From an uncultured virus (IMG/VR IMGVR_UViG_3300032117_000007) (Duplodnaviria > Heunggongvirae > Uroviricota > Caudoviricetes), in IMG/VR virus record IMGVR_UViG_3300032117_000007: 64,000 bases of DNA. One strand, given 5' to 3'. Under the pieces are notes generated by a model. The model searched no databases and was not told the DNA's origin. It worked only from the letters and a program-made list of their open reading frames with translations. Both the position numbers and the translations under genes were made by a program. Positions 43,973 to 55,045 of the stretch are shown here, one piece after another; the first letter of the stretch is position 1; each line of letters begins with the position of its first letter.

Positions 43973-46900
43973 ATGCTTGATAATAAATTTATTTCACCAT
44001 TAATTCCTGCACAATTCCCTAGTTTTTATAGGGATCAGAATAATGGTCAAGCATTATTCATTGCCTTTGTGAAGGCATATTATGAATGGCTTGAACAACC
44101 ATCAAACATTGGTTATCAATCAAGATCACTTTATGATTTGACAGACATTGACAATACAGAACAAGCATTCATTAGTCACTTTAAGAATACATATTTAACC
44201 TCTATCCCAGAAACTATTATATCAAGCCCTCAGTTACTTGTCAAACATATTCTTGATCTATATCGGTCAAAAGGTTCAAGAAGATCGTATGAACTTCTGT
44301 TTCGACTTTTATTTGATGAGGATATTGATGTTTATATTCCAAATAATTACTTATTAAAACCATCTGATGGTATTTGGCAAGTTCCAAAATATATTGAAGT
44401 CAATAACAATCCATATCTTCCCAAATTAATTGGAAATAGAATATATTCATCTTCTGGGTCTGCATTTGCAACTTGTGAAAACTATTATCAAAAAATTGAA
44501 AACAATAAGGTTGTGAACGTCCTGTATCTTTCCTCTCTTGAAGGAAGATTCAAATATGGCGAGCAGATCCTTTGTGAAGCTGTTCCAGAAATAACACTTA
44601 AAAATGCACCTGTCATTACAGGTTCACTTACGACCATTTCGATTGTAGAAGGTGGTTATAATTTTAAAGTAGGCGATGAATTAAATGTTTTGGGTTCGGG
44701 CTCAGGTGCACGTGCAACTGTTGCTTCGACATATGATTTAAATGGTGAAGTAGTATTCACACTTGTGAATGGTGGTCAGGGTATTAGTTTAAATGCAAAT
44801 GTTGTTGTTTCAGGTGGATCAGGCGCTGGTGCTACATTTAAGATTGGTGCTATTCAAGATGCTATAACATGGGTTGTGAATATAGACCAAGTCAATAACT
44901 TTTCATCGACTGTTCTCTCAAATTATACAACGATTGATGCCAATACAACATCTGTAAATGCTGCGGCAAATACCATTCTTGTTGGTTCTGCAAATACACT
45001 TTATCCTGTAGGCACATATGTTTATTATTCAGTCCCTGCAGGGAATACGGCAATACCTTCCCTCACTGCAAATAGTTATTATTATGTTACTTTTGCAAAT
45101 TCATCTGCTCTTGCACTTTCATCTTCTCTAGGTGGCGCTAATATTGCACTTACACCTTCTGGTACTTCTCATGAAATACATTCACTTCAATACAATCCAA
45201 ATTGGTCTGGATTCTTTGCTGGTGTATCTGCTAATTTAAATACACAGATTGGTCAAGTATTATCGTATGAAAATATCCAGGCAGGCACCGTTAGTTATCT
45301 TACAAGAATAAATCCAGGTGCTGGATATTCATCAAATCCAACCGTTACAATTATAGAACCATATATTGCTTCCCTCGGACTTCCTGATGGTTCTGGTGGT
45401 ATTATTGGTGAGGACGTACTTGTTACGGCCACAGCAACATATGCCAATGGCATTGTATCTGCCGTTCATCTACAAGATTCGGGATTTGGTCATACACAAG
45501 GTGAACTATTATCTCTTTCGGCAGCAAATACACTCAATCAAACTGTAGTGACTGGAACGGCCGTTCTTAATTTGGACGGCACTGGTTCAGGAAGTTGGTT
45601 GAATAATCAAGGCTTTGTCTCTGATGTTAACTTCATACAAGATAGTTATCTATATCAGAATATGTCATATGAAATTGTTGCAGAACGGATGCTTTCAACG
45701 TATGAAAAATTTGTTCGAGATATTGTCCATCCTGCTGGTATTGCTTTATTTGGGAAATATAGATACAAAGATACCCAAGCAAATAATGCACCTACCCCAT
45801 CAAGTATTTTACTTACACAAGGTAGATATGCAAGCCCTTATTGGATTGTAGAATATGGCGACATTCCTCTTGAAAATAATGTTAGTTATTCACAAGGTGT
45901 ATTAGTCGATAGTCAAGGCAATTCATATATTGTTGGTTCTAGTATTACTTCTACATCTCAGTTTGTATTCATTACAAAATTTGATATTCTTGGAAATGTA
46001 GTATGGCAATATATTCTTAATGATTATGTTGGTTCATATGATAATGCATGTGGTATTGCAATCGACTCAAATGATAATATTATCATAACAATGTCTGAAA
46101 CAGCTAGTCCATTTAATAGTTTCATTTTAAAACTAAATTCTAATGGAAATATTCTTTGGCAAAAACGTGTAAATTTAAATATTGCTTTTCTGGGCCAATA
46201 TCTTAATGTTTTGGTGTGTGTCGATGCCTTAAATAACATTTATCTATCAGGAACCAATGGTAATTCTTCTGGAATAGAATACATTTTATTTAAATATGAT
46301 TCTTCAGGTAATCTATTGTGGGAGTATATTCTTGATACGTATGATAATAACAATCCTATCTTCTGTATGGCAGTTGATGCATCAGGAAACATTTACACTT
46401 CTTGTTCAGACAGACAACATAGTAGCTTAATCAATACTATAACCAAAACAAATACTTCAGGATCTTTTGTATGGTCTATTGATATAACTTCAATAAAATT
46501 GGATAATTATTTAATTAGTTCCATAGATGTTGATAATGAAGGTAATTGTTATGCATTGGTGATTACTTCCAGTGGTAATAATCAACTCATTAAATTTAAT
46601 TCAAGTGGAACTATAGTTTGGTGTGAGGACATTCAATCAAGTGGTATAAAATTTACCGGTGTGTCTATAGATAAAAGTGATAACATATGGTTGGTAGGAA
46701 GCGATAGTGTTCGTTCTACCACATTTGCTAAAATGAATACATCTGGTTCGATTGCATTTACTAACGGTTTATTACCATATTCTTCAAATGGTTCAATTCA
46801 AGGATATACATATCCTTCATCACAAATAGGACCTACCAGATCCAATGCGGTTTATTATAACGGTGCCGTTATTTTAAGTGGTTATGTTGTAGATAATAGT

Positions 46901-47194
46901 AATGATTTTAACGGGAATGCATTGATTATAAAAGTGCCAGCCGATGGATCCTTGACATCATCTAATAATACTGCTTGGGGCATTTATCTATATCAAACCG
47001 ATTCTGAATTGGGTGAAACCGTGACTGCAACTGCTAATACGTCGATGACTACTGCTCCTTATTCTATGATATATACACCAGGGACTATTGTAAGTTCACC
47101 AAGTAATATAGTATTAAGCAATAATAGTTACACAACCGCTCTTACTGTTGTAGGCCAGCAGAATACATTCATCACTACTACCATACCTATATAG
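43973..47194 (+). CDS. Baseplate wedge gp7-like protein with C-terminal beta-propeller repeats
   Basis: FVKAYYEW, LYRSKGS, IQDSYxYQxxSY, VHPAG; then repeated VDxxGNxY...KxxxxGxxxW. Confidence 0.75.
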   Translation: MLDNKFISPLIPAQFPSFYRDQNNGQALFIAFVKAYYEWLEQPSNIGYQSRSLYDLTDIDNTEQAFISHFKNTYLTSIPETIISSPQLLVKHILDLYRSKGSRRSYELLFRLLFDEDIDVYIPNNYLLKPSDGIWQVPKYIEVNNNPYLPKLIGNRIYSSSGSAFATCENYYQKIENNKVVNVLYLSSLEGRFKYGEQILCEAVPEITLKNAPVITGSLTTISIVEGGYNFKVGDELNVLGSGSGARATVASTYDLNGEVVFTLVNGGQGISLNANVVVSGGSGAGATFKIGAIQDAITWVVNIDQVNNFSSTVLSNYTTIDANTTSVNAAANTILVGSANTLYPVGTYVYYSVPAGNTAIPSLTANSYYYVTFANSSALALSSSLGGANIALTPSGTSHEIHSLQYNPNWSGFFAGVSANLNTQIGQVLSYENIQAGTVSYLTRINPGAGYSSNPTVTIIEPYIASLGLPDGSGGIIGEDVLVTATATYANGIVSAVHLQDSGFGHTQGELLSLSAANTLNQTVVTGTAVLNLDGTGSGSWLNNQGFVSDVNFIQDSYLYQNMSYEIVAERMLSTYEKFVRDIVHPAGIALFGKYRYKDTQANNAPTPSSILLTQGRYASPYWIVEYGDIPLENNVSYSQGVLVDSQGNSYIVGSSITSTSQFVFITKFDILGNVVWQYILNDYVGSYDNACGIAIDSNDNIIITMSETASPFNSFILKLNSNGNILWQKRVNLNIAFLGQYLNVLVCVDALNNIYLSGTNGNSSGIEYILFKYDSSGNLLWEYILDTYDNNNPIFCMAVDASGNIYTSCSDRQHSSLINTITKTNTSGSFVWSIDITSIKLDNYLISSIDVDNEGNCYALVITSSGNNQLIKFNSSGTIVWCEDIQSSGIKFTGVSIDKSDNIWLVGSDSVRSTTFAKMNTSGSIAFTNGLLPYSSNGSIQGYTYPSSQIGPTRSNAVYYNGAVILSGYVVDNSNDFNGNALIIKVPADGSLTSSNNTAWGIYLYQTDSELGETVTATANTSMTTAPYSMIYTPGTIVSSPSNIVLSNNSYTTALTVVGQQNTFITTTIPI

Positions 47195-47209
47195 TAATTT
47201 GGAGACAAA

Positions 47210-50200
47210 ATGGCTATTCTGACAACCAAGTATAACATCAATATGGCCAATGCTTTCATTAATAGTGTTGAAAGCGGAGAGAATTCGTATTATGTATATA
47301 CAGCATATTCAACCGAGTTTTCTTCAGGTTATGCTCCAAGTCCCGATAATTCTGTTGCCAATACACAACAAAATGTGTATAATGATATTCTCTATGGAAA
47401 ACTAATTACTTCTTCTAATATCAAAAATGTTGTTCCCAGACATACTTGGACAGCAGGAACAGTCTATGCTCGTTACGATCAGAATGTAAATAATCTCTAC
47501 AGCACCAATTATTATGTAGTAACAAATACGTATGATGTTTATAAGTGCATCAACAATAACAATGGTGCACCATCGACAATTCAACCATCTTTGAAAGCAA
47601 CCTCAGGCACATTTGTTACAGGTGATGGATATGTGTGGAAATACATGTATACTATTGATTCCATTTCCAATTCATATTTCACATCGACTAATTTCATTCC
47701 TGTAGTTCCCAATACAGCAGTTCAGAATAATGCTGTTACAGGAACAATCGACTCGTTTTTTGTTGCAAATGGTGGTTCTGGTTATATTACAGAAACTGGT
47801 TTAGTTCAATCATTTATTAATGCATATTCAATTCAACTACCTTCTACTTCTTCTTCACTTGATAACTATTATACTGGTTCATCAATCTATTTGAACTCTG
47901 GTGTTGGTCCGGGTCAGATCAGACAAATTCAGTCTTATTCTGGTTCTACCAAGAAAGTAATTGTATCAAATCAAACACCATTCCTAAATTATGCTTATAT
48001 TGAATTAAGTAATATTCAAGGTGCAAATCCTGTAGTTGGTCAGACTGCTTATCAAGCATATGATAATATCAACTATGTTTATCCCTCAGGTTATATCAAT
48101 ACAGGTGATACAGTTATTCAAACGGATACTGGTATCACAGGATACGTAATTGCTGCAAATGCAACATATATTGATATTACCAAAACATCTTCGGGCTTTG
48201 ATTTTTCTCTCAATTATCCTATTGTTGATACAGTTTCAGCTGGTGTTCTCAATAGTGGCACTGCAATAATTTACAACAATAACACATACGTATTTGCTTC
48301 AGGGTTTACAGCAAATTCAGTGTATCCCTCAGGAGCTTATATAAGAGTAGGAACAAATGCTAATACCAATGTGCGAAGAGTAGTTTCTTCTAATACAACT
48401 GTAATCATTACGGACATTCCATTCTCTGTATCAGTAACAAATACAGCAAGTATTATTGCCAATTCTGCATATGTTGTGTCAAATACTATTGCTATTTCAA
48501 ATGCCAATACAAACTATTATGTTGGCGATTATATCTACTATTCAGTGCCTGCAGGTAATACGGCAATTCCTGGTCTTACTGCAAATAGTTATTATTATGT
48601 TTCATTCTCAAATACTACAGTGTTGGCCTTGGCATCAACACGGAATGGCGCTAATTTGGCTTTAACACCTGCAACAACAAATCCTGGTCAGGTTCATTCA
48701 TTACTTAATTACACAAATCATGCGCAAAATCATTATACAATTCCAAATGCTATCGAGCCATATTCAATCACTGATGTATATGCTGAAGGTTCCATTTCAC
48801 AGGTCAATATTAATTCTGTAACACTAAGTATTGCAAATACTATTCCTATTCTTGGTTCATCATTTACTATTGGTGAAAGTGTTATTATGGTCAATAGTTC
48901 AAATGTTGCTATTGGTGCAAATGGAACGGTTGCATATGCCAACAGTACCTCTGTTATTCTTTCAAATGTATTAGGATCATGGACAGCAGGTTCAGGTTAT
49001 TACATTTTAGGAACTTCTTCTGAACTAAGATCAACCATTTCATCTGTTCTGACTGTTCCTAATATTACTGTGTCACAACCTGTAGGTCAATTTAATTCTG
49101 GCCAGGCAGTGTATTTCCAAACTGCTGGTGTAAGCACTGGTAATGCTACAATTATTGCAGAAACCACCGTTCCTAATAGTCTTACACAATATACGATTGC
49201 GCCTACTATTACTGTCACAGGTGATGGTACTAATTCGGTATCACTTGCACTTGTCAATACATCTGTTGACGCTGCAAATTCCATATATGGAACACTTACA
49301 ATCAATCCTGGCATTGGATATACTTATGCAAATGTTACGGTCACTGCAAATTCTAGTTACGGAACAGGTGCAAATCTAATGCCAATTATTGCTCCAATTG
49401 GTGGTCATGGTGGTGATGCAGTGACTGAACTTGGTGGTTTCTATTGTTGCATTTCAGAAATTTTTACCAATACAGATCCATTCTATCAATATCTTTCTTA
49501 TAATAAGTTGGGTATTCTAAACACACCTTCTTATACAAATGTATTAGTAAATATCAATGATTTTGATAGAGTAAAACTTACTCTTACGGGATCTTCTGGC
49601 ACATTTGCAACAAATGAAATTGTTATTTCTTCGTCGAATGGAAGTTCTGTTCCCGTATCAAATGCTGCTGGTGTTTGTGTATATTCCAATTCAACATATC
49701 TTGAATTAAAGAATGTTATTGGATCATTCTCAAATGTCTCACCCAATAATGTTGTGTATGGTCTTTCATCAGGAACTTATGCAAATATTGCACTTGCCAA
49801 TGTTGCAACATTCAAGATCAATTCTACATCAGGTATTGAATTCATTTCAGAGGTGACTTCTGGTGCATCTGCTTATATTGATGGTGTATCTGCAAACAAT
49901 ACACAACTTCAGTTGACAAACGTTGTTGGTAGATTTGATTCAAATGATGTTATTGTAGATGCTACAACAAATTCATATGCAACCATTGCTTCAATTTACA
50001 CATCAAACGGTCTGATTAATGCTACATCATCATTTGGTCAAACATTTAATCAAACTGCCAGACTTACTATTACCTCAAATACCGCACCATTTGATTTATA
50101 TGAAACAGTGCTTCAGAGCACTACAAATGCCTCTGGTAAAATACTTTCATTGACAGGTGAAGTCGATGTTTCTCTTTCATCTGTCACAGGCACATTCTCG

Positions 50201-50593
50201 AATGGTCAATATGTAAGTACTTCTTCTGCAAATGGCTACATTAAGTATTCAAACAATTCATATTTGATGATAACAAATGTATTAGGAACATTTACTCCTG
50301 GTGCAACTATTTCAACAGCTGTTGGTGCTTCTGCAACAATTAGTTCAACCCTTCCAGTATTACTCCTAAATAACATTGATGGTCCAGAACCTTTCCAGGC
50401 TTCTGCGGTATCACCATTAACAATAACAGGATTAACTTCCGGTTCAACGGGGATATGTAATAATGCAAATCTTATTCTGTATCCAGATTTGGTAAGGAAC
50501 TCAGGTACTGTGATTTATTACGAAAATCTAAAAAATCCTGTTACAATAACAAGAACATCACAAGAACAAGTGCAGCTGGTTATTCAATTCTAG
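47210..50593 (+). CDS. 8: Baseplate wedge gp8-like protein (extended)
   Basis: RxTWxxGxVY, VYKCIxNN, DGYVWKYMY, PxGGHG, SGxVIYxEN. Confidence 0.8.
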   Translation: MAILTTKYNINMANAFINSVESGENSYYVYTAYSTEFSSGYAPSPDNSVANTQQNVYNDILYGKLITSSNIKNVVPRHTWTAGTVYARYDQNVNNLYSTNYYVVTNTYDVYKCINNNNGAPSTIQPSLKATSGTFVTGDGYVWKYMYTIDSISNSYFTSTNFIPVVPNTAVQNNAVTGTIDSFFVANGGSGYITETGLVQSFINAYSIQLPSTSSSLDNYYTGSSIYLNSGVGPGQIRQIQSYSGSTKKVIVSNQTPFLNYAYIELSNIQGANPVVGQTAYQAYDNINYVYPSGYINTGDTVIQTDTGITGYVIAANATYIDITKTSSGFDFSLNYPIVDTVSAGVLNSGTAIIYNNNTYVFASGFTANSVYPSGAYIRVGTNANTNVRRVVSSNTTVIITDIPFSVSVTNTASIIANSAYVVSNTIAISNANTNYYVGDYIYYSVPAGNTAIPGLTANSYYYVSFSNTTVLALASTRNGANLALTPATTNPGQVHSLLNYTNHAQNHYTIPNAIEPYSITDVYAEGSISQVNINSVTLSIANTIPILGSSFTIGESVIMVNSSNVAIGANGTVAYANSTSVILSNVLGSWTAGSGYYILGTSSELRSTISSVLTVPNITVSQPVGQFNSGQAVYFQTAGVSTGNATIIAETTVPNSLTQYTIAPTITVTGDGTNSVSLALVNTSVDAANSIYGTLTINPGIGYTYANVTVTANSSYGTGANLMPIIAPIGGHGGDAVTELGGFYCCISEIFTNTDPFYQYLSYNKLGILNTPSYTNVLVNINDFDRVKLTLTGSSGTFATNEIVISSSNGSSVPVSNAAGVCVYSNSTYLELKNVIGSFSNVSPNNVVYGLSSGTYANIALANVATFKINSTSGIEFISEVTSGASAYIDGVSANNTQLQLTNVVGRFDSNDVIVDATTNSYATIASIYTSNGLINATSSFGQTFNQTARLTITSNTAPFDLYETVLQSTTNASGKILSLTGEVDVSLSSVTGTFSNGQYVSTSSANGYIKYSNNSYLMITNVLGTFTPGATISTAVGASATISSTLPVLLLNNIDGPEPFQASAVSPLTITGLTSGSTGICNNANLILYPDLVRNSGTVIYYENLKNPVTITRTSQEQVQLVIQF

Positions 50594-50601
50594 AGGAATA
50601 A

Positions 50602-53600
50602 ATGACGCAAGAATTTCAAACAAACCTATCTACGTCTCCATATTTTGATGATTATGATGAGACAAAGAATTATTACAGAATTCTTTATAAGCCAGCTACT
50701 GCTGTTCAAGTTCGTGAACTAAACCAGACACAAAGTATTCTTCAGGATCAGATCAATAAATTTGGTCGAAACGTTTTCCGTGAAGGTTCGGTTGTTCAAG
50801 GTTGTGCTATCACCTTTGATAATGCTTATAATTATGTAATGCTTAATGATAACTATTCAAATGGCACTGCAATCGGTTCTGTGTCTAGTTTTATTGGCGA
50901 TTACGTAACAAATCAGAATGGTCTAAATTCAACAGTTGTAAATGCTATAACTGGTTACCAGTCTCAATATCCCAATTTAAATACATTATACATCAAGTAT
51001 CTAAATTCTGTTACATTATCGAATGGATATAATCAGAGCACATATTCTGCAAATGATACTCTTTCTATTACTTCATCTGCAAATGTTTTAATCGGAACTG
51101 TATCTGTATACGGAAATCCTACTTCTGTAAATGCTTCTGGTCAAGGTTATGCCTTTACTGTGACTGATGGTGTTATCTTTAAAAAAGGAACATTCATTGA
51201 CGTTGCAGCACAAACACTTGTTGTCTCAAAGTATTCAAATGTTCCTGATAATATTTCAGTTGGGTTTGATGCAACAGAGACTATTGTTACGGCTCTTTCT
51301 GATTCTTCTCTTTATGACAATGCAGCAGGTGCTCAAAACTATTCTGCACCAGGTGCTGATAGACTTCAACTAACACCAACGTTGGTTACTAGAGCAACTT
51401 CAGACATTGCAAATACTTCTTCATTCTTCTCTATTTGTGATTTTGTGAATGGTCTTCCTGTCACAATCAATAACAATCCACAACTAGTTGCTGTGACAGC
51501 ACAGGCTGCACAACGAACATTTGAAACATCTGGTAACTATGTTACTACACCATTCTTATTGTCAACAACCAATAAGGGTTCACAAGATCCCAATCAACAA
51601 AATTATTTGAATCTTGTTTGCTCACCTGGTGTCGGTTACGTCCAAGGTTACAGAGTTCAATTCATCAATAATAATATTGTGAATCTTCGAAAGGGCTTAG
51701 ACACTGCTTCTGTAGCATCACAATCTGTAACGGCAAATTATGGTTACTATGTAATCGTAAATCAATTCTGTGGTGATTTCAATAACCAGAATCTTATTCA
51801 ATTAGAACTACATTCTGTTGCAAATCAGGCACTTTCAAATCATACATTCCTAAATTCTGGTGTGTCTGGTGAATTCTCTTCCGCAACAAAAATTGGTACT
51901 GCATATTGCCGCGGTGTTCAGTATGTTTCTGGAACACCTGGTACTGCTACAGCACAGTATTACATTTATCTTTCTGATGTTCAGATGAATTCTGGTTATA
52001 ACTTCAATCAGGTTCTAAGCATTCTTTACAATTCAGGCACATCAGGGTCTTATACTGTTAATGCTGTAGCAGATATAGTTCCTACTCAGTACTATACTTC
52101 CGCCACTGGAACCATTTCTTATATTCCACAGATCCAAGATACTATCAATGAAATAATGGTTCATCCTTTTGGTCAAAAGGGAATTGATCCTGCAGGATTT
52201 GGATCCACTTCACAGTTTGTTTATAGAAATAGACTTACTGCCACTGTGAATACTGCCGGTGGTTCTACTCTTACACTTCCTTCTGTTACGGGTTCGGCAA
52301 CAGAACAGTTTGACTATACAGGATCACTTCCTACTTCTACGGAATATAGTTACATTATCATTCCAACGGCAAATGGTTATTCTGCAAACAAGACTGGTAC
52401 TGTATCAATCTATTCAAATACTACTGTAACAGGTTCATCTACATCATTCCTCACGGATTATAATGTTGGTGATTACATCTATATTACAGGGAATACCAGA
52501 AATATTGTTGCAATTTCTAATAATACAAGTCTCACAGTTGATAGCAATTTCTCTGGGTCTACTTCTGGTGTTGTTTCACAGAAGGTCTATCCAGCAGGTG
52601 TTCCTATTAATATGTCTTCTTCTACTAGAACAATTACAGCTACGGCAACAAATGCTGTAATTGCCTTGGGTGAATCCACCAATGCAGCATTTGGTATTTC
52701 TGCATATGTTGATATTCTAAGAAGTTCAACTTATCCAACATCTAAGATTATCAATAGAAATACACTTATTGAAATCAATGTTGGAACAAACCCTGGCGGT
52801 CCATCTGGCCCATGGTGTTTGGGTATTCCTGATATTCTAAATTTAAATCATGTTTACGTAGGATCTGGTAGTTATTCAACAAACAATCCAGATCAGGTAG
52901 GATCATTTATTCTTGATAATGGTCAACGAGATTCATACTATGGTCTAGCATATCTTTCATCAACACATCCTTTACCAAATACAGCAACACTTCTAGTATC
53001 TGTTGACAATTTCACATATTCTGAATCTCAGGGTGTTGGTTTCTTTACTGCCGCATCATATCCTATTGATGATGCCAATACAGCAAATACCAATGCAATC
53101 AGAACATATCAAATTCCTCAATATACTTCTATCAATTCAAAGACCACAACTGATCTTCGTGATGTGGTTGATTTTAGACCATATGCCGCAAATACAGCAG
53201 TTGCTAATAATGCAGGAAATGTTTCTTCCGCAACATTGAATCCAAGTGCTAATCTTGTGTTCCATGTTCCTTCTGGTGGTTCTCATCTACCTTCTCCAGG
53301 AACAAATTTCCAATCTGCTGTAGAATATTATCTACCGCGGCAGGATAGAATTGCTCTGACAACAGGTGGCAAACTTCTAGTAACAGAAGGTTTATCTAGT
53401 TCCAATCCACAACCACCAAATGAAGTTCCAGGGACAATGACAATCGGCATTGCATCAGTACCTGCATATCCTTCACTTGTTCCTTCAGATGCCAAGACTT
53501 ATAAGCGTTACGATTATGCTGTTCAGTTAACAATTCAACAGACCAAGACTTATCGTATGTCTGATATTGGAACACTTGCAAATCGTATTTCTACTCTTGA

Positions 53601-55020
53601 ATATTATACATCTCTAAGTTTACTTGAAGCATCCACTGCTTCACTTACAATGACATCATCTGTTACAGGTCAGAATCAATTCCAGAATGGCATCCTTGTT
53701 GATCCATTCAAGGATTTTACAATTTGTAATACAAAAGATAAACATTTCTTTGCTTCTATTGATACCAATAATTGTGTTCTAAGACCTGCATTTATTCCAT
53801 TTAGATCACAACTTTATTTTGATCCAAATTCATCAACTGGTGTTCAACAGACTGGTAATATTATTACACTTCCATATACGTCAGCAGTTCAACAAACACA
53901 GATATATGCTTCGCAATATAGAAATTGTGAGGAAAGTGCTTTCTATACATATTCTGGTAGAATGCTTCTTTCACCTCAGGGAACTGTCAATCCTGATTAT
54001 ACTCAGGGCCCCGCGGTTATTTCAAATCTAAATCAAAATTCAAATTTTGCTAATCTTCCAAATGCTTTCCCAACACAATGGGGTGCTTGGACTAGTGTTG
54101 GTGTTCCAAACGGTCTCAATGCTACAACTGGTGCTGGCACCGTTACAAACCCAGATGGCACTATCACACAAGCATTCCTTTCACAGACTACATCCACTTC
54201 TACACAACTTCAGCAATCTGTAGGTAATCAGATTACAGTTCAACAGAGTGGTTCTACTGTAACGATTGGGAATATTGTAACAGGTGTAAATCTACTCACC
54301 TATATTCCTTCAACACCTGTTATGTTCTCTGTTACAGGTTTGAAACCATCAACAGTTGTGTATGCTTATTTTGATAACGTTCCTGTTATTAATTGCTGCA
54401 TTCAGCTTACACCATGGAATTCTGGTGGTTCCTCACTTTCACATTCTTATACGGATGTTTATGGGAATCAATACGGTTATAATTCAACATATGGAACTTT
54501 AAAGACTGATTCATCAGGAAATCTATATGGTGTATTCATCATTCCTCCCGGTGTGTTCCCGAATGGTGAATTGCAATTTGTTATTAATGATGTTCCAAAT
54601 CTTGTTACAGGTGCAAACGCAATTACTACACAGGCTTCTGCAACATATTATGCAAGCGCAATTTCTGTTCAACTTGGGACTGCACAGTTCCAGGTAACAT
54701 CAAATCAGGTTAATGCTCAACAGGTAGCACAACAGCAATCAATTCAACAGTCACCATTCTCTTCAGTTTTCTACGATTCCATTTCACCATCAGTTCCTTC
54801 TGTTATTCCTTCTGTTCAAGATAATAGTTATTGTGATAATGGCTCTGATGGTGGTGACCATGCTATTCCTTCTGGAGATCATGATGGTGGTGATGGTGGT
54901 GGCGGTGGTGGTGATGGTGGTGGCGGTGGTGGTGGTGATGGTGGTGGCGGTGGTGGTGATGGTGGTGGCGGTGGTGGTGGTGATGGTGGTGGCGGTGGTG
55001 GTGATGGTGGTGCGGGTTAA
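50602..55020 (+). CDS. Large virion structural protein (DUF4815/VrlC-like), N-terminal part
   Basis: SPYFDDY, VQVRELNQxQ, APGADRL, DFRP, LEYYTSLSLLE, GILVDPF. Confidence 0.8.
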   Translation: MTQEFQTNLSTSPYFDDYDETKNYYRILYKPATAVQVRELNQTQSILQDQINKFGRNVFREGSVVQGCAITFDNAYNYVMLNDNYSNGTAIGSVSSFIGDYVTNQNGLNSTVVNAITGYQSQYPNLNTLYIKYLNSVTLSNGYNQSTYSANDTLSITSSANVLIGTVSVYGNPTSVNASGQGYAFTVTDGVIFKKGTFIDVAAQTLVVSKYSNVPDNISVGFDATETIVTALSDSSLYDNAAGAQNYSAPGADRLQLTPTLVTRATSDIANTSSFFSICDFVNGLPVTINNNPQLVAVTAQAAQRTFETSGNYVTTPFLLSTTNKGSQDPNQQNYLNLVCSPGVGYVQGYRVQFINNNIVNLRKGLDTASVASQSVTANYGYYVIVNQFCGDFNNQNLIQLELHSVANQALSNHTFLNSGVSGEFSSATKIGTAYCRGVQYVSGTPGTATAQYYIYLSDVQMNSGYNFNQVLSILYNSGTSGSYTVNAVADIVPTQYYTSATGTISYIPQIQDTINEIMVHPFGQKGIDPAGFGSTSQFVYRNRLTATVNTAGGSTLTLPSVTGSATEQFDYTGSLPTSTEYSYIIIPTANGYSANKTGTVSIYSNTTVTGSSTSFLTDYNVGDYIYITGNTRNIVAISNNTSLTVDSNFSGSTSGVVSQKVYPAGVPINMSSSTRTITATATNAVIALGESTNAAFGISAYVDILRSSTYPTSKIINRNTLIEINVGTNPGGPSGPWCLGIPDILNLNHVYVGSGSYSTNNPDQVGSFILDNGQRDSYYGLAYLSSTHPLPNTATLLVSVDNFTYSESQGVGFFTAASYPIDDANTANTNAIRTYQIPQYTSINSKTTTDLRDVVDFRPYAANTAVANNAGNVSSATLNPSANLVFHVPSGGSHLPSPGTNFQSAVEYYLPRQDRIALTTGGKLLVTEGLSSSNPQPPNEVPGTMTIGIASVPAYPSLVPSDAKTYKRYDYAVQLTIQQTKTYRMSDIGTLANRISTLEYYTSLSLLEASTASLTMTSSVTGQNQFQNGILVDPFKDFTICNTKDKHFFASIDTNNCVLRPAFIPFRSQLYFDPNSSTGVQQTGNIITLPYTSAVQQTQIYASQYRNCEESAFYTYSGRMLLSPQGTVNPDYTQGPAVISNLNQNSNFANLPNAFPTQWGAWTSVGVPNGLNATTGAGTVTNPDGTITQAFLSQTTSTSTQLQQSVGNQITVQQSGSTVTIGNIVTGVNLLTYIPSTPVMFSVTGLKPSTVVYAYFDNVPVINCCIQLTPWNSGGSSLSHSYTDVYGNQYGYNSTYGTLKTDSSGNLYGVFIIPPGVFPNGELQFVINDVPNLVTGANAITTQASATYYASAISVQLGTAQFQVTSNQVNAQQVAQQQSIQQSPFSSVFYDSISPSVPSVIPSVQDNSYCDNGSDGGDHAIPSGDHDGGDGGGGGGDGGGGGGGDGGGGGGDGGGGGGGDGGGGGGDGGAG
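54883..55011 (+). repeat. Low-complexity (GGT)n repeat encoding (DG5-7)n
   Basis: Tandem GATGGTGGTGGCGGTGGT units at the C-terminus. Confidence 0.9.
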
Positions 55021-55045
55021 ATATATCTAAACTATAGGATACTTT

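Noticed and set aside
54833..55030. Val/Met-rich ORF (MVVAVVV)n
   Set aside because: Alternative frame of the poly-Gly repeat
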